Source: the human T2T-CHM13v2.0 reference genome, Homo sapiens
Length of the DNA stretch: 64,000 nt
NCBI RefSeq assembly: GCF_009914755.1
Contig: NC_060931.1
Reading direction: 5' to 3' (one strand)
Shown here: one piece after another, positions 16,916 to 30,438 of the stretch
Position numbering within the stretch: position 1 is the first letter of the stretch
Layout of the letters: each line of letters opens with the position of its first letter
The notes under the pieces: model-generated
The model's input: the letters and a program-made list of their open reading frames with translations, nothing else
Database searches by the model: none
What the model was told of the DNA's origin: nothing
Program-made: the position numbers and the translations under genes

Positions 16916-18887
16916 CTTCTACAGAAAAACAGCTAGAATCGTATTCCTGATTATCTTAGGAAGACAATCTGAAACAAGAGATAAATGGAAGAGTACTGTT
17001 TCATTTACAGATTTCTGAATATTTTCTAAGCATTACATCAATCCCACATAATTTATGTAGATGATTTATCACCTGAGCATGTGGAACTGCCATCCTCTGC
17101 TTTAGAAGAAAAAGATCTCTTTGACTCAAGTCATCTCTTGCTTTGAGACATACTATTAGCCATATGACGATGACACCAGGAGGAATGGATTGGATTAATT
17201 TCAAACAAAAATAAGGAACTCAATCTAAACTATGTAAAACTCACCTCATTCTGATTTATTGCTTTTTTCAGACCATAGAAGCTGCAAATAAAATTTATGA
17301 GGGAAGAACAATAAATTAGGATTGGATAAAGGCATAATTTTAGGCCTCAAGTTGCTTGTACAGTTAGATTTTAACACATAAAATTGGGAGCATAATACTA
17401 ACAAGTTAATAAAATCAGCTGAGTGCTGACATGTAAAAACATTTCTTTAAACAATTGGTGGGTTCAATCAGCCTTGTTGACAACTTGAAATTTTAAAAAC
17501 CTACATTACTTATACTAAATGAAATTAAAAACGTAGAAAAGTTCATAAACGCATGCATCGGAAATTCACTGGTTTTGGAATATATTGGAGGCGGGGGGAG
17601 TTACCTTTAAAGTTAAAACTGTAAAATTACCACATAATAAAAGCCTATGCTTTGAACACTAATTGCCCATGCATTAAGTAAGAAAAAGCTCTCTTCCTAC
17701 TATTGTGAAGGTTTGATGGATGAACTTTCTTTGGTTTTACTGAGCTGTGTTTTATGTATTTTTGGTTCTACTGCTCTTTTTAGTTTATTCTTGATTTTAA
17801 TTTTACTAATATGTATTAGTATCAATAAAGCATTAGGTCTATGAAGATTCCTACAGCGTTTTAATTGAGAGTAAATTGCCTACGATAAAAGGGGCCTCCT
17901 ACCGGCCTAGAAGGCTGGCCCACCCTAGTGGCTGGGCACCACTACTTGTTTCAAGAGTTAAACCAAGGCACGATAGCCCACTTTGTCAGCTGCCTAGAGG
18001 GAAGTTGTCAAGTCTGGGACCCTGCTGCTTTATTCCTATAACTGTGTTTTAGAAACACCTCACAAGTGGAATTGTGGTTGCCTCATCCAGAAAATGTGGA
18101 AAGGATTAATGTGGCATGTAAAACAAATCACTCCTGAGCTCAGCTGAGAAAGTGGGTATTAAAAGCACTCCAGTCAAAAGAGCTTTAGTGAGAGGGTCAC
18201 GGTGATATACATTCAGCATATGTTGGGCTGGTAATGCTGCAGGGTGTTTGGAAATGGTAATGGTCCATGAGTGTAAAGTCTTTCAAGACCTCTTAAAGGC
18301 ACATGTGTTTCTTGAGCATGTTCTCCAAACAAGGACCTGTTATGGGTTAGATTCACTGAAGCTTTTAAACTTTATTGATTGGTTTGTAAGATTCCAGGTT
18401 CACTTACTGCTTAAAAAAAAAAAAAACAAACTGTTGATAAACATAGGCAAGAATCCCACTTTAATCTTAACCTTATGAATCAATAAACAATGTGGGATGT
18501 TGCCTCCTCATCGATTACAGTACACGCTATTTATTTTTATTATGGAAGTGTTTGCTAGTTTTCAGAGTTAATGGGCAATATATCCATGTTGTTCTTCTAA
18601 ATCCAGGTGCTTTGTAGATTTATTTTGAGGGGGAAGAAAAGGGAGAGACCTGAAGATTTCTTGCTTTTTGAAATATGAACCATAGCCTTAATAAAAACTT
18701 GTGGGTTTCAAGTTGAGAGAGAACAAATAAACCTGCTAAGTGTAATTTCATAAACTGAAATGATTTTCCTTGGTATTTCCACTTTTGGAAAGAATTCATT
18801 CAGACCCCACATTATAATGCAAATATATAACTGTAGCCAAAGATGCATGAGCTTGTAAAGAAAAGAAATATAATACAACAGTTTTGT

Positions 18888-18908
18888 ACACACACACACA
18901 CACACACA
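18888..18908. repeat. (CA)n microsatellite
   Basis: Direct read. Confidence 0.9.
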
Positions 18909-21899
18909 AAGAAACTCTGTTGTCTCTTCTTTGTTTGGTTTACATTTGCACTTCTTTTATGAGACACTTATGCTTTTTCCTACAAAGTTATACCTCATCA
19001 ATTCATTCATTTTTCTAAATAACCTATACCAAGGGATCACACAAAGTCTTTGAAAGATGAAAGTACAGGCAAAGGTTGCAATAAATAAGCAGTGCTGCAT
19101 CTAAGTAGTTGTCAGCACGTGTACACAAAACAAGGCTGGGTTTTTAGGTAGGACTTGGTAAAATATCAAGATAGGCTAGGAGGAAGTACTAGTTAACTAA
19201 CCTAAAAATCTCATCAGTAAAACTAAACAAATAAAAATATGACGTGAAACTGAAAAAAGTCAGGGTGCTTTTGGGTTTGGGTTCAGTGCTTCCAAGTTTC
19301 GTCCCAACTTACAACCATGACTGCAAATATTTTTTCACTAACTTCAAGCATGACATTATTTGTTACCTTTGCTTTACTGCAGGCCTGGTAAAAGTCAAGA
19401 TCAATAATTTCTCAGGAACAGCTCCACTCTACACTGAAATTACAACCGGCCTGAGGGACACAGCAGATATAAAATTTCTTGCCATCACTGTAAAACTCAT
19501 AAAGCATCACTGTTGTCTTGTTTTTAAACCGAACTTCCTGTCTTAGTCTCATTCATATCATTGCTCTCTGCCCCACACATTTGACACAGGGAAAGAAGAT
19601 GGTAAGTGCTCATGGTATTGAATATGAAATGGGTAGGTATAGAAAGGAGATAAAAATGTTACAATAAAATAACAAGATGGTAAGGACAAGTGAAGCTACC
19701 ATTATCATATCTTCCGATTTAGCTTCTATTTCCAGCTACTCTTCCAGAACTCCTATGCCAAGAAAGTATTTCTGCATTATATGTAAATGGGTGCAACTTT
19801 TATGCTGTCTATTCGAAGTCATCACTTTCAAACATAAACTCATTCAAAATTGTCTATTCTAGGTTTAGAATTTTTCAAATGATTTCCTGATTATGTTAAA
19901 TATCCAGAAGATAAAAGTACAATGTTTTGTCTGACCTGTATTATTGACAAAGGTATTTTTTTTTGTCAGTAACACTGTAATGATGACAGGAAATGGATGA
20001 TCCCAAAAACAGTCTTGATTTTGTTAAGTATGTGTGAGTCTGTAACATTTTTGCTATTTTAAATTAAAAATGATTCTGAGCCTGAATGATGGATTCTGCA
20101 GCATCTAACAGTAACCAGGTTTGGATGCTGGTAACAAGGAAATCACTGAAAGCTTGTTCCCTGTGCTCAGTGGTACCAACTTAGAGTGCTTCCTCAAACA
20201 CTAATTGGGGACCTGGATTATGTTGAATTTTGCAGGTTTCCACATCTTCCAGACAAATTGCACATGAGGGCAGACTAACTCACGCCAAGATGTGCTGCAC
20301 ACCTGTACAACAGATGACCAATTTTACTGTGCAAAGAAAAACCTCCACAAAATAATATGATGTTACTTCACATGGTGTACATACAACTCAGACAGCTAAG
20401 GGGCTGAATCATGCCATTTAGCTGTAAGTTTTCATTGCTAAAGACATTTTATAGGGCTTAAATTTTATATAGTCCGGTATCAAGTAGTACCCCTAATTGC
20501 ATGACTTCAAAGTAGACATATGAGCCCTACTTTCATATTATTTTAGTGGCAAGCAATCACTGCCCTTCCCATTGTTCCTATGAGATCCTATATTAATATT
20601 ATTATTGGGAATTTTATTTAAGTTCAATTTTAGTGAAAACTGTGCCACCTTCCTTGAATGAGAATTTGAACACTGAGATTAAATTGATAAAGAAAATCAA
20701 GTCTGAATCATTTTATAGTCAAGAGGTACATTGTGAATCCCATAAAGCATTGTTTCAGGAACCTGGTTAGTGTTCTGTACACCTGCTTAATGTTTTTTTC
20801 ATCATCACAAATGTCAAAGTACTCAGTAAGTCACCGGGGTTTGAATGACAGCCATGCGCTAAGCAAGCAGTTATGTTTTTTCACTACCAAATTGGACCAT
20901 AAATGATGAAAAAGAGGTCAAAAAGGAAGTATGGAACCATACAAATTTGAAAGAGGAAACTGCTAATAGCCATAAACCCTGTGCAATCAAAGGCTTGGCA
21001 AGTCATTGCAAATTACCTGCTCTGTGAATTACTGATCGCACTGTGTTATGATATAGAACTTTCTAACTCCTTTCATCTGTAGTAACAGTGCTTCTAATAG
21101 GTCACAGATCAAAAGCAAAACTCTGCTAGTGGAATTCTGATACAAACATGCCAAGGTTGCATAGGCATAATGCATCTGAACAAAATGTTAATATACAACC
21201 AACGTTGCTTTTGATCAACTGATTATTTAATATAGTGTATGTGTTTTACAGATCAAACTTACCAATATAATTGTTATAGAAAGGGAAGATTGGTAAGGCA
21301 TGCATGACTAATTTAAAAGGAAGAGTGAAATCTTGCATGATACTTTCATTAGGGATTAATGTAGGTTGGTATGCTTTAAGCAAGATCTTGGCGATCTTTC
21401 AGATGCAAGATGCCAAATTCCTAAATCCTTTACTTCTAACTCAAGACTAAGACATGTGGGAATCAAGCACACTCAAAAATACTCATCCAAATATTTATCC
21501 TATTAGGGAAAATATCTGTATCAATAAGTTTCTTTTTTAAATGTGACATGCCCATGAAGGGTGAGGTTTAATCAGTTTGCTTTCCTCCTTCCCCTTTGCT
21601 GTAAATTATGGGTACTGATTAAATGGATATTTTTATTAAGTGGAGAAGAAAAGAAAAGAAATATTGGGCCATGAGATATTTTATAGCAAAGATTTGGCTG
21701 AAGTGTTACCAAGCTAGATTTGCCCTAACACAAAAATAGCTCCAGTGCCTGGGAGGTAGAGAAGAGGAAGAATTAGATGAGGTAGACAGTTGCCAAAGAC
21801 AGATTTTCAGTTATCTTGGTACTTTTACTTGATAACAACTCATATGCTTAAAATGGAAAATCATTTTCTCGTTGGTTTTTAGATATATATTAGAACCAT

Positions 21900-22510
21900 T
21901 ATTTGTTTTTTGTAAGAATTATTAATCAATTAGTGCTACTTATTGCTGTAATGCTGCAAATATAATACTGAAATAAGAGATAGCATTCCTGTCTTTATGG
22001 GAAAATGCACATAAATGCACACATGTATATAAACAAATATAGAATATTATAGTGCTATAAAGAATAGAAATAGGAGGCTGAGAGGGTTTTTGCATAGGAG
22101 TGCTATTGCGAGTAGGATGGTCAGGTGACATCTGAGCTGGCATATGGTCAATATGAAAAAGATAGCCTTGTATAGATCAAGGTAGATGGAAAAGATCTGA
22201 TAGATGATAATAATAGCCAGTGCAAAGATCCTAAGTCTGTACAGAACTAAGAGTGGTTGAGAAAGAGCAAGAAGCACAATGTGGCTGAACCATAGTGAGC
22301 AGGGACAAGAATAGAAGATGATCAGGACTGAAGATGTAAGACTGTGTATCACATTAAGGAGAAGAACAGCATGTTGTAACTGGCTATTCTGTGAAAAATA
22401 GGTGATACATCGAAAAGAACAGAAGCAAGAAGACAGGCTAAGTCAATATTGTGGTTGTCCAACATGATAGTGGTTTGGACTAGGGTGATGGCAGAAATGA
22501 AAGTAATCTG
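21900..22510 (-). mobile_element. L2 remnant
   Basis: Antisense L2 motifs GGTGACATCTGAGCTG, CAGTGCAAAGATCCTAAG, GTGGTTTGGACTAGGGTG. Confidence 0.7.
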
Positions 22511-23853
22511 TCTACATGCATCAAGTTCCCAAAGAAATTCTGAAAGGCTCTCTTAATCCTTCAGTCCTTGTTTATACAGTGGCCCAACCTTCTGCTTGAA
22601 GTGTTCCAGTAAATGAAATTCTAGCCTCAACTCTCCAATCAGAAAATTGGTTTCTTTTAACATTACACTCTTTATATTGATGAAATATAGTTAAGAAACT
22701 ATTTAAATGAGGTAAGTACAGAACTAGTAAAAAAACATGAATTTTTCATGAGAAGTTTATTTCTAAAGTTGTTTCAAATATTTTTCGCACCTGTGGGGTT
22801 ACATATCCATTGTTCAATAAATTGCAGTTGATGAAATCTGAGCAGCTAACATAAAATTTTATTATTATCAGAAATAAAGGTCAGGGGGAGATTACCTGGG
22901 CAATGGGTATGACACTGGGGAGAGTTTTAGAAAGAACTGTAAATTCTCTTGTACATATTCTTGCTTATTATGATTTTCACAAATATCATGCATTCCTGGA
23001 CTGTGTAGTTTGTATAAACTAAGAAAGTTTCTCTATATTAAAGTTCTTTTAAGCATTTGAAAAGAGACTCTGGAGACTCTCTGCAATAAATATCCGACTG
23101 AAAAGAGAAGACATAAGCATATGGCAGAAGAGCAGACAAGAGAAATGAGAGGTGGGCAAAGGAGTGACTGTCTATCAGACAAAAATGCTAAAGTCTAGTA
23201 TCCCAGCATTCCTAGGGCCAGGGTTCTGGGAGGAGCAGTTGATAGATAATAGTAGATACTTATTCCTATATCTTACTTATAATTGTTTTTGGTACTTACT
23301 GGCTCATTTATTATTTTATAATTTCTCATGGGAGAAAGAAGCTTTAATTCATTAGTAAATGAAGTGAGATGAGCAATGTTGGTCCATAAGATATCAGTAG
23401 CTGATACTATAGACATAAGGCAAGTAACAAACATGCCTTGCTTCAGGGTTTCCCCATGCTTTTCTAGTCATAGCATACAGAGAAAATGACAATATCTGCA
23501 TGGCTCACTAGAATCCAGAGGGATTTAAGAGTGTCTATAAAACTGCTTTTGGAAAAAAAGCATTACATTCTCTTAACATTATATAGTTATAATAATACGA
23601 AGCATTAGGGAAAATATTTAATGTTGAATTTGTAAATGAATTCTTTTCAAATTTCCAGTGAAACACTTCAGTTAAATTTTATACTAGCTTTTAAGCTTGA
23701 AGAACTCATTCTTGTCTTTCACTGATAAATGTATTATTGGCATTTCTAAAGGCAAAACATTTTTTAATCCAATTTAGCTTTTTTATATAAAATATTTCAA
23801 ACTAGAACTCAGAATGAGTACGCATTATTAAAGCAGTTAACATACAAGAATCT

Positions 23854-24221
23854 TGCTATGGTTTGAATGTGTCCTCAAAGTTCATATGTTGGAAACTGAA
23901 TCCCCAATGCAATAGTGTTGAGAGGTGGGAACTTTGAGAGATGAGTAGGTCGTAAGGGCAGAAGGATTAATGTCATTATTGAGGGGATGCATTAGTTGTT
24001 TGAAGATTGGGTTTGCTATAAAAACAAATTCTGCCTCTGCTCTCTCTCGCCCATGTGATGCCTTTCACCGTGTTATGATGCAGCAAGAAGGCTCTCACCA
24101 GATTCATCACCTCAACTTTGGACTTCCCAGCCTCCAGAATCATGAGCCAAATAAATTTATTTTCTTTATAAATTACCCAGCCCTGCTATTCTGTTATTGT
24201 AGCACAAAATGGACTAAGATG
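23854..24221 (+). mobile_element. MaLR solo LTR, MSTC/MSTD-like
   Basis: TGCTATGGTTTGAATGTGTCC start; GGACTTCCCAGCCTCCAGAA, AATAAA, TTTATAAATTACCCAG, GGACTAAGA end. Confidence 0.88.
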
Positions 24222-25675
24222 AAGCTTAAACATTATTAGAAGAATATACATATCAAAAATAGATATAAGTATCCATATATGTGAAGACAGAGAGTGAGGC
24301 TGCTAGTCACAGCCAGGTCTACTAAGAGTTCTTGTAAAAATATCCTCCCCCTAAAGGCTGTGTGCCATGATTTTTGGGTGTTGGAGACCTGATCTGCTTT
24401 TCTAGTACAACTAGCACAATCTGAACCTAAGTCCTGAATAGATGACCATGTGTAGAACACTTCCTTACCCAGGAAGAAAGATTATTCAGATTGTCTGATG
24501 GCTGCAGGCATTATTGGGCCTTCTCTCATATTTGGGTGCTTTCAGGCCATCTACACATGGATCATCTGAATATTGCTCGTAACTAGAAGTTACTGAACCA
24601 GGATGTCAGCCACCCTAGGCCCTTCCTGGACTCCTGGGGGCTGCAAATCTACAACTCATTGCTGAGGTTACTTGTTGGAAAGTTCTGCTTTACAGGACAC
24701 TTGTGGAACCAGGGCATATGCCTTCTTCAGAATGTGTAATTTATATGCAGAAAACATTTGGTCACAGGTTTATAAATCTAACTTTTAATAAAATATTAGA
24801 GCAGATTTCTATTTTAGCAACTAATTGCTCTTAAAGGAAGACTTGGAGAGTTAGATAGACCAAAGGGGGTAAGTAGAGCATTCTGTTACCTATGTGCACA
24901 GTATAAAGGAATGCATCCAAGCCCTGAATGTTGAGTGTGAGTTTTAAAGATTTGTCTAATACAAGAATAAAAATTGGGGCAAGAGAGGACTCCATTCTTA
25001 CTAATTAGGTAAAAAGAGAAATTACTACACTGTATTCTAAGGCAATACTGTCTGACAGCAATATAATATTAGCCACATACATAATTTAAAATTAAAAAAA
25101 TTTTAGTAGCCACATTTTAAAAACTGAAAAAAGGTGAAATTAAATTTAATAATATACTTTATTTTTAACCCAATATATCTAAAATGTTAACATTTCAAAA
25201 TATAGTCAATATTTTTTAAAATTATTAAAGAAATATTTTATATCCATTCTTTCATACAGAGTCTTCAGAAGCCCAATCATCTATAGCACATCTCAAATCA
25301 AACTAGCCACCATTCAATTTTTTTATTTCAATAGTTTTGGGGGTATAGGTGGCTTTTTGCTACACGGATAAGTTGTTTAGTAGTGATTTCTAAGATTTTA
25401 CTGCACCTGTCACTCAAGCAGTGTACACACTACCCAATATGTAGCCTTTTATCCCTCACCCTCCTCCTAACCCTCCTCCACAGGACCCCAAAGTCTATTA
25501 TATCACTCATGCCTTTGTATCTCCATGGCTTAACTCCCACTTGTAAGTGAGAACATAATAATAAATGGTTTTCCATTCCTGAATTACTTTACTTAGAATA
25601 ATGGCCTCCAGCTCCATCCAAGTTGCTGGAAAATATATTATTTTGTCTCTTTTTATGGCTGAGTAGTATTCTATG

Positions 25676-25677
<2 letters not shown>

Positions 25678-25719
<42 letters not shown>
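25678..25719. repeat. (TG)n(TA)~17 microsatellite inside L1PB
   Basis: Direct read. Confidence 0.95.
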
Positions 25720-25724
<5 letters not shown>

Positions 25725-25904
25725 TTTCTTTATCCACTTGTTGGTCAATGGGCACTTAGGTTGGTTCCATATCTTTGTGATTGTGAATTGTGCTGTTATA
25801 AACACGTGTGTGCGTGTGTCTTTTTCAAATGACTTCTTTTCCTTTGAGTAGATACCAAGTAATGGGACTGCTGGATCAAAAGATAGTTCTACTTTTAATT
25901 CTTT

Positions 25905-26200
25905 TTTTGTTTTGTTTTGTTTGACATGGAGTCTTACTCTGTTGTCCAGGCTGGAGTGCAGTGGCACCATCTTGGCTCACTGCAAACTTCACCTCCCGGG
26001 TTCAAGCAATTCTCTGCCTTAGCCTCCCGAGTACCTGGGACTCCAGGTACCCACGACCATGGCCGGCTAATTTTTGTATTCTTAGTAGAGCTGGGTTTCA
26101 CCATATTGGCCAGGCTGGTCTTGAACTCCTGACCTTGTCATCCACCCACCTCGGTCTCCCAAAGTGCTGGGAATACAGGCGTGAGCCACCGCACCCAGCC
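25905..26200 (-). mobile_element. AluS (Sg-like) inside L1PB
   Basis: Full antisense Alu; 15-bp TSD TACTTTTAATTCTTT at 25890-25904 and 26201-26215. Confidence 0.93.
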
Positions 26201-28392
26201 TACTTTTAATTCTTTAAGGAATCTCCATGCTGTTTTCTATAGAGATTGCACTCATTTACATTCCCACCAGCAGTGTAAAAGCGTTCCTGCTTCACCACAT
26301 CCATGCCAACCTCTATTGCTTTTTTACTTTTTAATTATGGTCATTCCTGTAGAAGTAAGGTGGTATCTCATTGTGGGTTTAATTTGCATTTCCCTGATGA
26401 TTAGTGATGTTGGGCATTTTTTTCACGTTTGTTGGCTGCTTGTCTATCTTCTGTTGAGAAATGTCTGTTCATGTCCTTTGCCCACTTTTTGATGGGACTC
26501 TGTTTTTTATTGCCGATTGTTTGAATTCCTTGTAAATTCTAGATACTACTCCTTTCTTGGTTGCATAGTTTGTGAATGTTTTCTCCTACTCTGTGGCATG
26601 TCTGTTTACCCTGCTATTTCTTTTGCTGTGCAGAAGCTTTTTAGATTATTGAGATTTATTTACTTTTGTTTTTGTTGTATTTTCTTTGGGGTCTTAGTCA
26701 TGAATTCTTTGCCTAAGCCAATGTCCAGAAGAGTTTTTCCAATGTTATCCTCCAGAATTTTTATGGTTTTGGGTCTTAAATTTAAGTCTTTGGTCTATCT
26801 TGGTTTGATTTTTGTATAATATGAGATAGGAATGAAGTTTCATTCTTCTACATGTGGCTTGCCAGTTTCCCAGCACCATTTATTGAATAGGGTGTCTTTT
26901 TCCATTTTATATTTTTGTATGCTTTGTTGAAAATCAGTTGGCTGTAAGTATTTGGCTTTATTTCTGTGTTCTCTATTCTCTCCCACTGGTCTACATACCT
27001 GTTTTTATACCAGGTACCATGCTGTTTTGGGAACTACAGCCTTGTAGTATAATTTGAAATCAGGTAATATGATGCCTCCAGGTTTGTTCTTTTTGCTTAG
27101 AATTGCTTTGGCTATTTGGGCTCTTTTTTTGTTTCATATGAATTTCAGGATTTTTTATTCTAGTTCTGTGAAGAATGATGATGGTATTTTTGATGGGAAT
27201 TACATTGAAACTGCAGATTGCTTTGGGCAGTATGGTCATTTTCACAATATTGATTCTTCCCATCCATGACCATGGGATGTGTTTCCATTTGTTTGTGTCA
27301 TCTATGATTTCTTTTAGCACCATTCAATTATCAGTGGCCACTTGTGGCTAGTGGCCACTGTATTAGACAGCACAGCTCTCAGGAATAACACAAGCAAAAG
27401 TCCACCTCAACTACTGGCTTCCTGTTGAAGATAGTCATCTTGACCAAGTTGCTGCAATAGGGGTATAAGCTAGAAGTTCCCTGATACACTCATGCCTAGC
27501 AGGCCAGAGGGAGAGGGGAAAGAAGTGGAAGCGAGGAGAAAAGCTAAATGACTGGTTTCCCATGAGGAATGTTGAATTTTTTCTTCATTAGGCTATATAG
27601 CTGGCTAATCTTTATAATATTTCACTGGCTGGCCTCTTTCTGGGTAATATAGAAATAACTCCAAATTCTTTCTGTCCTACCTCGTGGAAATGAAAAAATA
27701 AATTCGGACAGCACAGTGTCATTGCCTGCATTAGGTAATGGTAGAAAATTCACATTGATGGAAAGGCAGGCATACTAATTGAAACGATAAAGGAAGAAAA
27801 ATTATTTCTCAACTTTGGTCAAAACACCCAAAGTGTTTTTCTTTGAAACAGGAATAGTTGATATATCCAGATAATCAATTTGCATGTTTAAAAATAGTAT
27901 TGCAACCATTTTATCATGGTGTAACTTATCCAATATTGAATTTCAACTTCAAACCCTCTGATCTTCTGTACTTAAGCTTTGTCTGCCACATGTGCACATT
28001 GCTAAACTTCCTTTTTCATAGTTTGAATTTTATTTGTATGTTTCTCTTTACATGGGCCCAGTGCACACACACAGCATCGAAAAAAGTAATATATAAAAAC
28101 CAAAAGCGTATGTTTTTGTATTTATACATGTAGCGCACTATTTTTGAGTGGCAATATTTTTTTTTTAGTTTTTTTCCACAATGTGTATTTTCCTCTGAAA
28201 AATAAAATTTGAAAAGAATTGCCAAATCTGTCTTGGAACTTCCACTTTAAATTTAAAACAGATCCCAAAATGTCTACTGGGATATATCTCTAGTATGACA
28301 AAGAATGTGCACCTGTGATTACCTAAACCAGCCAAAGAATGGCACCATTGCTTCACATAAATGTAGTCACAGATATTTTTTATTTGGTTATA

Positions 28393-28453
28393 GAATCGTA
28401 TCATAAATCCCATGGCTCAGTGTAGAATTCTATCTGTCCTACAGGTCCACTTT
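28393..28453 (+). repeat. Dispersed 61-bp direct repeat, copy 1 (partner 30378-30438)
   Basis: 58/61 identical with a 43-bp perfect core. Confidence 0.95.
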
Positions 28454-29934
28454 TTGCCTTTAGATAACATTTTACAGCAAAGGCTTAATGTATTGCTTCT
28501 GTCACCCTTTGACCACTAAAGGAACTTAGAACAGCACAATAGGTGAATAATAAGGAGACAAAAGGAAATCTCTGCCCTTCTGGCTCAGTCCATGCATATG
28601 GTCATAATTTTCCAACTTTATGATAATAAGGGGAATGCATTTATCACTCCTCTGCTCCTTCTCAAGTTGATCCTCTACTGTTAAGTTCAGCAGTTGGCCA
28701 CTGATATTATAGAATTGTTAAATAATATGCAGGGTAATGAATGAGAAGGCCAGTTGAGTTTTACAAGGAAATAATGAATGAGGCAGAAAGAGTGGCAGAT
28801 TTGAAGGACAGTTTCAGAGAAGCATTAACCAAATCAGATGGTCATCTTAAGATTTCCAAGAGTTAAAATAAAACTCAAAAATAGGCTGACAGATCCCAGA
28901 CTAATTTGTCCTGTCATGCTCTGCTCCAGATAGGACAGCTCCACATCAGCCCTGGAGTAATTGCAATTAAAATCATATTTTTTTTCTTGTCAATTGTAGA
29001 CCATACCTAATAGCCCTTAAGCTGCTTTATCTACAACCACTAGTACAATTTGGATGGTTTTATATGATTGAGTTTTTCAGGCAACTAATTAAATAACAGT
29101 GATTTCACTTGAATTCAATATTGCTCAGTTTTCAAAATCAGGCAAGAAAAAACAAGCAATCCAATTTTTTACGTTGGGCAGAAATATTGAACAGTTTACA
29201 ACTGTTTAGTTAAAAGCTATTCAAATGGCTAATTTGCACATGAAAAATTATTCAGTGTCATTAATCATCAGGGAAATTAAAATTAAAACCAAAAATGAGA
29301 CACCACTAGGTATACTCCAGAAAATCTAAACTTTAAAAGACAGAAAATACCAAATGTTGCCAAGCTTATGGAGTCATCAGAATGTTCATACATTGTTGAT
29401 GAGAATGTAAAATGATGCAAACCCTTTGGGTAAAGGTCTGGCAGTTTCTTTATGAAACTAGGCAAATGCCTACCTCATGATCCATCAATTCTACTCTTAG
29501 ATATTTACCTAAGAAAAGTGAAAACATGTGTAAATTGAAAAGCTTTGTGCAAAAATAACCATAGCAACTTTATTGGTAAAACCCTAAGCTGAAAACTAGC
29601 TGAAGTTTTCATCAGCAGAAGAATGGATAAACAAACTGGGATATGTTCATACAATGGAATATTACTCAGAAATAAAAAGGAACAAATCATGACAACAACT
29701 TGGATATATCTCAACAACATTATGCTGAGTAGAAGAAGTCTTACACAAATGAGTTGGACATTATCTGATTCCTTTGAATGACCGTGAAGTCTAAAATGGG
29801 TAAAACTAATGTATGACCTAAAAACTGAAACTGAGTGTCTTGGTTTTGGTGAGCAGAAGGCTAGGAGGTGAAGATGAAGTTGTGAATTTGGAGTAGTAAC
29901 ATTCTGCATCTTGAAAGTAGTTTTAGTTATACAA

Positions 29935-30191
29935 GTATATATATATATACTTATGTACTTATATACTCATATATGTACTTATATACTTAAGTATGTACTT
30001 ATATACTTATATATATACTTATGTATATGTATGTAAGTATATAAGTACGTATACGTATATATATATACATATATATTTGTATATGTATATATACGTATAC
30101 ATATAATGTATATATATGTATACATATATGTATATATACATATATAGGTACTTATATTCATACATATACATACATATTTATATATATATAT
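29935..30191. repeat. Long interrupted (TA)n/TATG microsatellite
   Basis: ~255 bp of TA-dominated repeats with recurring ATGTACTTATATACT units. Confidence 0.95.
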
Positions 30192-30377
30192 CACCAAAAA
30201 ACCATCATATGATACGCAAGATTTGTGCATCTTGCCTTATATAAAATTTACCTAAACAAAAAAAGTCAATAAATATTAAACTCTAGTTGATGACATGCAT
30301 ACTAAGTGTTTAGGGGTAATGAGTACCAATATCTGCAGTTAACTTGAATTGCATTAGAAACATAAGATCAGTTGATT

Positions 30378-30438
30378 GAATTGTGTCATAAATCCCATGG
30401 CTCAGTGTAGAATTCTATCTGTCCTACATGTCCACTTT
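30378..30438 (+). repeat. Dispersed 61-bp direct repeat, copy 2
   Basis: Matches 28393-28453; lies within the L1ME 3' UTR. Confidence 0.95.

Larger units (their letters stand above)
25320..27317 (-). mobile_element. 5'-truncated L1PB (L1PB1/2-like)
   Basis: L1PB-type 3' UTR, ORF2 fragment [25 protein letters not shown]; 12-bp TSD CACCATTCAATT at 25308-25319 and 27318-27329. Confidence 0.92.
25043..27375. mobile_element. MER33 (hAT-Charlie) split by an L1PB insertion (25043-25319 and 27318-27375)
   Basis: TAGTAGCCACAT...GGTGAAATT...AACCCAATATAT body; terminus GTGGCTAGTGGCCACTGTATTAGACAGCACAG; degenerate 8-bp TSD TTCTAAGG/CTCTCAGG. Confidence 0.85.

Noticed and set aside
19244-19862. ORFs and a GTAAGT donor-like site (~19602) as exons
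   Set aside because: No recognisable protein, and no consistent acceptor, donor and frame chain; isolated splice motifs are common by chance
22880-22902. CAGGGGGAGATTACCTGG resembling the U1 snRNA 5' region
   Set aside because: Too short, motifs are out of order, and the similarity does not extend
29979-30230. Tyr/Ile-rich ORF
   Set aside because: Translation of a TA microsatellite
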